A stretch of 9,542 bases of DNA from NCBI RefSeq assembly GCF_006345805.1, contig NW_021827800.1, forward strand, positions 1 through 9,542, in the 5' to 3' direction. Below are positions 1 to 8,039 of the stretch, piece after piece. A program made the position numbers and the translations under genes. Source of the stretch: Octopus sinensis. Lineage: Eukaryota. The notes under the pieces were generated by a model. It searched no databases and was not told the origin of the DNA. It saw only the letters and a program-made list of their open reading frames with translations. Each line of letters starts with the position of its first letter. The stretch's first letter is position 1.

Positions 1-2
1 CA

Positions 3-200
3 TCCTCTGGTTTAAAGTCAAAGACAGAAGGGTTTATCACAGCATTTCAGAATCAATGGCTATCTACAAGATGCTATCAGGCCAACATCTTAAAGAATGG
101 CCGTAAGCCAAAACATCGAGTGTGTAAATAAACAGCCTGGAACTATCACATGAGACTTGGACTCAGTTCCTACAAAGGCAATGTAAAACCCAGACAGCAA
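3..200 (+). mobile_element. Decayed non-LTR retrotransposon fragment (R4/Dong-like, RLE clade): region upstream of and including a degenerate CCHC zinc knuckle, then a probable 3' UTR
   Basis: Frame from nt 3 reads SSGLKSKTEGFITAFQNQWLSTRCYQANILKNGRKPKHRVCK*, then after a frameshift QPGTIT* (133-153). This resembles the LKSETEGFIxAxQDQxLxTRxY...CRxC..ETIxH segment of RLE-bearing LINEs (recalled family pattern). Runs off the window start and is followed by (AAT)n. Confidence 0.75.
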
Positions 201-263
201 AATAATAAAATAATAATAATAATAATAATAATAATATAATAATAATAATAATAATAATAATAG

Positions 264-354
<91 letters not shown>
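201..354. repeat. Compound trinucleotide microsatellite (AAT)n-(GAT)n-(AAT)n
   Basis: Read directly: AAT ~201-262, GAT ~264-297, AAT ~298-354. Confidence 0.98.
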
Positions 355-355
<1 letters not shown>

Positions 356-487
356 CCTCAATCCTTTATATATTAACAAAAATGAAGTAGATTGACAAAA
401 TTATTTTTTGACCCTGTTGAAGACACACGAGATATCGAATTATCGTTCACTAGATGACAATGGCAGCCTTCTTTTAATTTTGATTTC

Positions 488-513
488 AATAATAATGATA
501 ATTATATAATAAT

Positions 514-544
<31 letters not shown>

Positions 545-545
545 C

Positions 546-638
<93 letters not shown>

Positions 639-657
639 TAATAATAATAATAATAAT
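488..657. repeat. Imperfect (AAT)n microsatellite with GAT interruptions
   Basis: Read directly from sequence. Confidence 0.97.
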
Positions 658-1066
658 TAACCAGCTCGTGAAGTTTTACCTATTTCAATAACAATACTAC
701 GAATTCACCAACGATAATTTTCAATTTAAAAATTCAAATGCAACATTTCGTTATTCATCATTAATTACAAGGCTAATTAGGCGGTTTAATGACTTTTTTC
801 TAACTGTCCAGATAATTATCTCCAATAACTTGTGAGAGTCTCCCTAGTTACTTGGTCTATACTGTTTAGTTTCAACATACAAACACATACACACACACAA
901 ACACACACACATGGCATACAAATACATGACAGATAAAAGTGCGCGCACGCATGCGCATGCACACATATTTATTATTTAGCTGTAAAACTACATAAATTAC
1001 GCATGGGCATAGACTTTCCTGCAATATGTGTGTGCATGCGTGTACGTATAGTTATATGCTCGTAAG

Positions 1067-1074
1067 TAGGTAGA

Positions 1075-1122
<48 letters not shown>

Positions 1123-1125
1123 GAC

Positions 1126-1208
<83 letters not shown>
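1067..1208. repeat. (TAGA)n/(CAGA)n tetranucleotide microsatellite
   Basis: Read directly from sequence. Confidence 0.98.
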
Positions 1209-1214
1209 CTTACT

Positions 1215-1437
1215 CATATGTATACATATGTACATGCATTTAGTTATACTCACGTATATGTATATGTATGTATATATATGTATATATATATATACATACA
1301 TATGCATACATATATATATATTTATATATATATATACGTACATATATGTGTTTATATATGTACATACATCCATACGTATATATACATACACACATACACG
1401 CATATGCACACACACAAACACACACGCATATACACGC
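1215..1437. repeat. Mixed (TA)n/(CA)n low-complexity tract
   Basis: Read directly; source of the YI/HT/VC-rich spurious ORFs. Confidence 0.93.
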
Positions 1438-1833
1438 ACCTTCAAATATTTTTGTTTATAATCGAAAGCAACAATTACTTAATATGCAATGTTAAGTTTA
1501 TAATTTTTAAGAATCAGGTCGATTGCTGATTCACTCTGTTGCTGCTTAGAGTTTCGCTCTATGACATGATATCAAATTGACTGAAGAGATAAAGTCGTAT
1601 TGGCGAGATATCACTTAAACTAATTTCATTGTTAGATGGTTATTCTTGCTACAGTCTTATAGATAATACTGTTGCTTTTGGCTTCCAAACTATCAAATTT
1701 GTTATGATGGTTGTGGGGTTGCGGTTACTCCACCACAACTATGGCGTGTCGATTGTGATGACTGTACAAATTCCACTTATACTTCGGGGACCATTTCTTT
1801 TGAGTAACTTATTCTTTTGAATAACTTATATTT

Positions 1834-2460
1834 ACATACAATGTAAGTTATTAAAAAGAAATGGTCTCCACTGACGGTAGTTGGATTGTTTCTCGGACCT
1901 TCTGTTCAATGGTACTACTAGCTGTTTCAGAATCTGAAGTTTCTCAGTCAAGCAAAGCTTACACTTCTATGTCCCATTGTTGTACTGAATGGCGCCGTCC
2001 ACAATTTTTCATATTATTGTGGAACGTTCAGTTACATAAGGACAATGAAGTAAGGTACTTCTCCTTCGATCTGAATGATCGTAAATGCTGATAGCATTAG
2101 CTTTTAAAGGTGTTGATGATAAGTCTCATGTAATTTCTCACAATACAACCAGAGAATGTTACGGTTGTTCTGTATATCATCGCTTTGGTGAGATAAAACC
2201 TTCTAAACGAGCAGATCAAGGGATTTCAGGGATAAAATGTTGGTTGTCTAACTGGACCTTGTCTGGGTATGTGTTTTAGGTTATAGTGTGCGATATTATA
2301 ATCAATAGTATCCAAACAAAATAGCTAACCTTACAGGTTTTGATGTTGAAATGTCCCCTGTGTGTAATTGAGTAACCTGTCTTACAAAAAATAAATTGTT
2401 GCTGGCTTTGTTACTATGTGCATTCATATTAAACGGTGGATTGAACCAGTTTATTTGAAG
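1834..2460 (-). mobile_element. Decayed Penelope-like retroelement: linker plus C-terminal GIY-YIG endonuclease remnant (multiple stops and frameshifts)
   Basis: Minus-strand translation across frames gives, in the expected order: WFNPPF (2448-2431); VRL-SY-CL; IC...LTKAMIYRTTVT (2189-2157, 'GIY' equivalent); NYMRLIINTFK...QHLRSFR (2114-2070, 'YIG' and TFKxR..H..SF equivalent); *KIVDGAIQYNNGT*KCKLCLTEKLQIL (CKLCLTEKL 1963-1937); LNRRSE...PFLFNNL. The motif series matches PLE C-terminal endonucleases by recalled family pattern. Confidence 0.85.
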
Positions 2461-2673
2461 CAATGACTTGAATATAGATGCATAATGTACACGCAAAATA
2501 CTCTAGGAAGCACAAATATATAAGTTGTATGCATATAACCAATTCCATACTGATTACTTGGAAGATTCAGTTGCTGAGCGACAACGTCGTTTGATGCAAT
2601 AATAACTCGTGTGGTTAATAACAAGATAGTTTAAATGCGTGTTTCAAAATGGCTGTTATATGAACATAAATCC

Positions 2674-2730
2674 TTCCCCTACTGATGAGACTGAAATAAC
2701 AATCGATACACAGTTCCGTGTCTGGGGTAA
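2674..2730 (+). ncRNA. Type I hammerhead ribozyme fold, degenerate (core GAAA reads GAUA; one stem II mismatch)
   Basis: CTGATGA 2682-2688. Stem II GACTG 2689-2693 / CAATC 2700-2704 (4 of 5 pairs, loop AAATAA). GATA 2705-2708. Stem III ACAC 2708-2711 / GTGT 2718-2721 (loop AGTTCC). GUC cleavage triplet ends at C2722. Stem I TTCCCCTA 2674-2681 / TGGGGTAA 2723-2730 (7 of 8 pairs, one G.U). Confidence 0.8.
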
Positions 2731-3002
2731 ATTCCTATTTGATATTAATATTCATAAATAGTTGTGTGTTTTTCATGTACATTCTTGTACGTATATTGCA
2801 TTACATTCCTTCATCTATACTTCAGAGTATTGAACACATCGTATCTATTACATAAAGAATTATTGAAAAATATATTAAGAAATATATGTGTGAGAACGAG
2901 CGCGCGTGAGAATAATAATTATGTAATTATTATTATTAGTATTCATTATTACATCCATTCGCGAATAATTGTCTAAAGATCAATAGAGAGAGAGGGTGGA
3001 AA

Positions 3003-3094
3003 GACACATATATAGATGCTTGCATGTATGTGTGTCTGGATATGTGAATATATGTGTGTGTGCATGTGTGTGTATTGTCTGTGTCTGTGTATGT

Positions 3095-3150
<56 letters not shown>

Positions 3151-3250
3151 ATATATATATATTATATATATATATATACACATATATAATATATATATAT
3201 ATTTGTATGTGTGTATATATACATACATACATACATACATACATATACAT
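3003..3250. repeat. Compound (TG)n-(TA)n-(TACA)n microsatellite
   Basis: Read directly from sequence. Confidence 0.95.
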
Positions 3251-3530
3251 ATTTCCTGTTATTATCTGAACACGGCTATTAAACAAGCACCAACTAATAA
3301 GTAGGCCCATGTGAACCCACATCCGGCCAATGATGGTTCGATTTGCACTAAAAGCCTCATTATTCCTAATCTGGCAAACCACAAACAGGCGCATGTTGGC
3401 GACATCAATACAACTTAAAGAGAGACTGGACAGATATATACGTGACCAACGAAATATAATGCTGGATGGGGATGAATCTGTTACTGTATCTATAGTAGAT
3501 GTAGAATCAGACATGACGAAACAATGTGGA

Positions 3531-3556
3531 TGGTGGTGGTGGTGGTGGTGGTGGGG
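3531..3556. repeat. (TGG)n microsatellite
   Basis: About 8 TGG units ending in GGGG. Confidence 0.95.
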
Positions 3557-3904
3557 TGCACTGTGGGTTGTGGTTTATGTATTGAACTGACGGCCGATCA
3601 ATTACCATAACTCTTAAATACACACACATACACAAACACACATGGATATATGTATGTATCTTAAGGATATATTCCTATATATCATACATATAGTTATTAA
3701 TGCATTCACTAATACAAACATATCCATACGTGTGTATATATTGGTGTGTGTATTGTTGTTGTTGTTGTTTGTGGTGGTGGCAATATTGTTGTTCTTTTTG
3801 AGGCTTTAATGATTTAAATCCACATTCATACATACCAATGTGTGTGTTTGTGTGTATTAACTTTTAATATGTATGTGTATATGTATTCGGTAGATGTTAT
3901 TCAT

Positions 3905-4079
3905 ATATGCGCGCTTATGCATGTATCTATATGCATGTATGTATGTATGTATTTATGTATGTATGTGTGTGTGTATGTATGTATTTATGTATGTAAATAG
4001 GTATACATATATATATATATATATATATACTATATATATATATATATATATGTATATATAATACACACACATACACACA

Positions 4080-4166
<87 letters not shown>

Positions 4167-4205
4167 CTTATACATATATACGTAAATGCATGGATACGTA
4201 TATAC
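3905..4205. repeat. Compound (TATG)n-(TA)n-(CA)n-(TA)n microsatellite
   Basis: Read directly from sequence. Confidence 0.95.
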
Positions 4206-4782
4206 ACATCAACCCACGCGACTCTAGAAGCGAGCAACTATATATTATCGTTGAATGCTTCTACACACACAAACACACATATGTATATATACGTATGTAT
4301 AATAGAAATATATATGCACACATACAAACAAACACACACACACACGCACACACATACAGCTATGATGTGCACAACCCCCTACAGAGATACACTGCCATTC
4401 GTTCACTAAGCACAAACACTCACATACGTAATGAAGTCTTTAGTTGGTCGAAAGATAAGATGAATCAAATTTATGACCAATATTTTGTAAGCTAAAACTG
4501 ACGTTGTGTTTAGACTGCAAGTTGATTTATACTGATCTTGTGAAATATGGTCTTTCTGTTGTACAACAACATCACAATTCAAAACAACTAATCTCTCCCT
4601 ACCTCACTCCGCCTCTCTAACTCTCCCATTCAATATATCTTGATACGCGTGTATCTGTGCGAGTGTCTGAGCGTACAAGTCCATTAAATGAGCGTATACA
4701 TGCGTGGATATACGTGTATATGTATACGTTTTGTTTATACACGTACACACTCAATATTCCCTGGTCTCTGTGTCTCTCTGTC

Positions 4783-5168
4783 TCTTTCTCCCTTTATTTT
4801 CGCAGTCATTACACTGCAGCCATGTTGGAGCACCGCCTTGATGAGTTTAGCTGATGAAAACAAACTCTAGTACATATTTTAAAGTCTTGTACTTATCCTA
4901 TCGGTTGTTTCTGAACCGCTGTGTTGCGAATATATAAAGAAGTCAACACCGAGTGTCTAGCGATGAGACACAAATTCAAAAATACACACTCACGCATGCA
5001 CCACGCACGCACCTATACACCCGCGTGCACGCACGTACACCGGGTTTCTAATTAGATTTATTCAGCAGACTCTAGCGGACTACACTTGCCATGATACCAT
5101 GCAGTGGGATTGGACCCGAGACCACCTGATTGCGAAAAGAACCTCTCAACTACATCGCCATTCCTGCA
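4783..5168 (-). mobile_element. Near full-length, diverged tRNA-derived SINE with central (CA)-rich tract (octopus-type family)
   Basis: Minus-strand head TGCAGGAATGGCGATGTAG (A-box-like) and GGGTCCAATCCC (B-box-like, 5117-5106), followed by ...TGGCAAGTGTAG. The 3' half (CAGTCATTACACTGCAGCCATGTTGGAGCACCGCCTTGA...GTACTTATCCTATCGGT) matches a recalled octopus SINE consensus. CA/CG-rich linker at ~4980-5040. Confidence 0.8.
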
Positions 5169-5187
5169 TATATATATATATATATAT

Positions 5188-5230
<43 letters not shown>

Positions 5231-5396
5231 GTATATATATATGTGTGTGTGTGTATGTGGTTTGTATATATATATATGTATCTCTCTCTCTCTCTCTCTC
5301 CTCTCTCTATATATATATATATAATATATATATATATATATAATATCATCTAGCTATATATCATATATATACTATATATATATATATATATAGTAT
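5168..5396. repeat. Compound (TA)n/(TG)n/(CT)n microsatellite
   Basis: Read directly from sequence. Confidence 0.95.
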
Positions 5397-5893
5397 ACTA
5401 GTATTAGCCCGTTGTTGCGTCTTGGGGCCTTTTGGCGTTTTGTTTTTTTTTAGTTGCGCTTAAAACGGCAGACTTTGATGTCGCGTTAACAAAATTTTGA
5501 CATAGTTTCAATCTATGAATAAAAGTATAGTGTGGCGATGCTCGAGTTTGCTCTGAATGTGCTGTAAATGTGTAATGCTGACTTCAATTGTCGGTATTGT
5601 TGATTAATATTCCTTCTATTAACATTATGGAGAAAAAAATACCCGTAGATTTAAAGCAAATGAAGCTCAAGTTTCGAACTGCACTGAAAATCTATTAAGA
5701 AGTAAAAATTAGGGATTTTCATAGAAAAAAAGTACCTTCTTGATGTAAATAATTTTTGGTCTTAACATGGTCCGATTTGAATTTTTCTTCTACGAATGAA
5801 GAGCAAGATTCTTCTATCATACTCTCAATTTTGGTCAACTTGCACCGCAGGGTCTCGGAGGAGATAGTGTTAGTTGAAGGCTACCAAACCTGC

Positions 5894-5926
<33 letters not shown>

Positions 5927-5957
5927 ACACACACACACACATACACACACACACACA
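5397..5957 (+). mobile_element. Probable non-autonomous Helitron/Helentron-like element (DINE-1/Lep1-like layout), 3' terminus missing
   Basis: Starts ACTAG inside a TA tract, has a short GCCC(5407-5410)/GGGC(5425-5428) inverted repeat, ~490 bp of non-coding body, then runs into (CA)n. The layout and the GGTCCGATTTGAATTTTT...GGTCTCGGAGGAGATAG segment resemble recalled elements of this class. No search was run. Confidence 0.45.
5895..5957. repeat. (CA)n microsatellite
   Basis: Read directly from sequence. Confidence 0.97.
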
Positions 5958-6100
5958 CGGGCTTTCACACAGTTTCTTTCTCACATATTCACTTGCAAAG
6001 CATTGTTCGGCCCAGGGCTGCAGAAGACACTTGCTCCCAGGTGCCACGCAGTAAGACTAAACTCAAATCCATGTCATTGCAAAGTGAGCTTCTGAAAAGG
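5958..6100 (-). mobile_element. 5' half (tRNA-related head plus conserved central domain) of a second copy of the 4783-5168 SINE family
   Basis: GAAGACACTTGCTCCCAGGTGCCACGCAGTAAGACTAAACTC aligns with TACACTTGCCATGATACCATGCAGTGGGATTGGACCC at 5081-5117. B box is degenerate. Confidence 0.8.
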
Positions 6101-6134
6101 ACCGAACTCTATGAGTCCAGACCCGGACAATACT

Positions 6135-6185
6135 TATATATATACATACGTTGATTACATAGATGTATATATTATGTATGTGGTA

Positions 6186-6244
<59 letters not shown>

Positions 6245-6270
6245 CTATATATATATATCTATATATATAT

Positions 6271-6310
<40 letters not shown>
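6135..6310. repeat. (TA)n microsatellite
   Basis: Read directly from sequence. Confidence 0.96.
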
Positions 6311-6313
<3 letters not shown>

Positions 6314-6570
6314 GTACGACACTAAACGAGAAATAATTATTCTATATAGTAACTTAAATACAAGCTGAAACTAATAGCGACTCGTATTAAAGTTACAGTA
6401 TATATCGTTACAGTATATAATGCGTGTGAAAGCTTGATTTTGTGTGAATTAATACATCTATGAGGTGATTTATTATCAGAAGATTCAAATAGAAGTGGGA
6501 AATCCGGCGAATGTTGTAGGTTTTATCCGTGATTTTGGCCTGTTAAAATAAGTTCCAGTTGGCTGAGGTA

Positions 6571-6710
6571 CAAGGGGTGTATGGAAAGTTTTGAGCCTGC
6601 AGGGCCTTTGAGCTTTGAAGTCTTGTACCTTCATCAGAAGTCTTGTTCCATGTTTTGTTTTTTTTGTTTTGTTTTGTTTTTGAGGCTCAAGACTTTTCAT
6701 ACACCCCTCG
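6571..6710. mobile_element. 140-bp Tc1/mariner-type MITE with 28-bp terminal inverted repeats and TA target-site duplication
   Basis: Left CAAGGGGTGTATGGAAAGTTTTGAGCCT (6571-6598) versus reverse complement of right end CGAGGGGTGTATGAAAAGTCTTGAGCCT (6683-6710): 25/28 identical. TA at 6569-6570 and 6711-6712. Confidence 0.92.
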
Positions 6711-6736
6711 TAGAGTAAAACGAGCTAATTGTTATT

Positions 6737-6898
6737 CTATGTATGTATGTATGTATGTATGTATGTATGTATGTATGTATGTATGTATGTATGTATGTAT
6801 GTATGTATGTATGTATGCATGTATGTATGTATGTATGTATGTATGTATGTATGTATGTATGTATGTATGTATGTATTTATGTATGTATATATGTATGT
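6737..6898. repeat. (TATG)n tetranucleotide microsatellite
   Basis: About 40 units, nearly perfect. Confidence 0.98.
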
Positions 6899-7090
6899 AG
6901 GCAGCGAACTGGCAGAACGGTTGGCACGTCGAATAAACTGCTTAGAAGTATTTCTTCCAGTTCTTTACGTCGTGAGTTCAAATTCCGCCGAGATCGATTT
7001 TGCTCCTCTATCCTTTCGGGTTATTGGGTCGATGTAATCGATTATACCCACCTTCCTGAAAATTGCTGGCTTGTGCCAAAATTTGAAGCC
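6899..7090 (+). mobile_element. tRNA-derived SINE (second family), diverged, with internal ~25-bp deletion
   Basis: A-box-like TGGCAGAACGG 6910-6920 and B box GAGTTCAAATTCC 6974-6986. Aligns with the 8298-8527 copy through ...GGGTCGATGTAATCGA. Confidence 0.88.
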
Positions 7091-7390
7091 GCTATGTATG
7101 CATGTGTATATGTATGTATCATAGATTTGTACATTATGTACCCCTTCAACAATTGATACATATACAAAACATCTTGAGTTCAATACTTGGGCTATCTCTC
7201 AACCTTGTAGAGTCTCATTGAGTTATTGTCAGGAAACCACGTGATCTGTTCCAGTCAAACTATTTATATGTTACAGTGTTGGACGTAATCTGTAGTCCTG
7301 TATAACACTATCGCCAGGTTTTTGAATGCTTTTAGCACAATCGGCTCTCGCTAGAACATTAGGATCAGATCACATTTTTCTCTAACGAAC

Positions 7391-7531
7391 CTTGATGTTC
7401 CAGCAAAAGAGTATCTTGAATAGATTTGCTTTTCCTTTCTTCTTCTGAGCAAGCCGCAATAATCTTTTTTAAAGTCAATATCTTGACTAAATGATCTACA
7501 GATTTGGTAATTAGTGTTCCAGCAAAATTAG
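7391..7531 (-). CDS. Candidate 141-nt phase 1-1 internal coding exon of an unidentified host gene (unverified)
   Basis: Minus strand TCTGTTTAG|CT AAT...CAT CAA G|GTTCGT. The only open frame reads xNFAGTLITKSVDHLVKILTLKKIIAACSEEERKSKSIQDTLLLEHQ. No homology recognised and the donor is weak. Confidence 0.25.
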
Positions 7532-7769
7532 CTAAACAGACTCATACAACATAGGAATATTTTAAATTCTATGTAAGAAATGAATTCTGATCTTGCGCAG
7601 AAATTAATTTTAGAGTTGTTCATTTATTAGATTGCCATGTTATTTATTTAGGGTTATGACCCGGTAATTATTTTAGGACAAACTCAGATAATTGCTTAAT
7701 TAAGTTGTATTTCAATTGTAATAAATAGTGTATCATATATTTATCTCCAAATTCATAAAGATATAGGCA

Positions 7770-7945
7770 AACACATATACATATATACACCCATATACAC
7801 CTTATTATACACACGTACATACACTTACATAGGGATATATACATAAGCATCCAGTTTACACATACACACATATCTAATATACACGTAGACACTAAACATG
7901 TATGTATATATATATATCTTTACACACACACACACACACATACAT
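7770..7945. repeat. Mixed (TA)/(CA) low-complexity tract
   Basis: Read directly from sequence. Confidence 0.85.
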
Positions 7946-8039
7946 ATGGAGGGGGAGAAAGAAATTTTACAGTTTGCATAAACAAAAACACAATATTCCA
8001 TCTAAAAATAGAGGTATTTTGAAAAATTCAAAAAAGTAT

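Noticed and set aside
1580-1620. CTGAAGAG on the plus strand as a hammerhead core
   Set aside because: No GAAA box follows and stems can be drawn only by assuming several indels.
1940-2240. In-frame TGA codons in the PLE remnant as selenocysteine recoding
   Set aside because: The TGAs fall at positions expected to be Trp or Arg, co-occur with TAG/TAA stops and frameshifts, and no SECIS-like fold was seen. Ordinary decay explains them.
3330-3590. 86-aa plus-strand ORF, partly protein-like (RMLATSIQLKERLDRYIRDQ...)
   Set aside because: No recognisable motif, no polypyrimidine acceptor, and it ends in a (TGG)n-derived poly-W run.
4427-4470. TAATGAAGTCTTTAGTTGGTCGAAAGAT resembling a hammerhead
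   Set aside because: No CUGANGA box, no valid NUH triplet, no stem I.
6392-6419. GTTACAGTATATA tandem duplication
   Set aside because: A two-copy local slippage duplication with no further structure.
6590-6645. Minus-strand CTGATGA inside the MITE as a hammerhead
   Set aside because: The core reads CAAA instead of GAAA, stems are 2-3 bp and the apparent pairing comes from the TIR.
170-6900. Numerous 60-190 aa ORFs rich in YI, HT, VC, MYVC, YLSI or poly-Y/H
   Set aside because: They are translations of (TA)n, (CA)n, (TATG)n, (TAGA)n and (AAT)n tracts, which lack stops in some frames.
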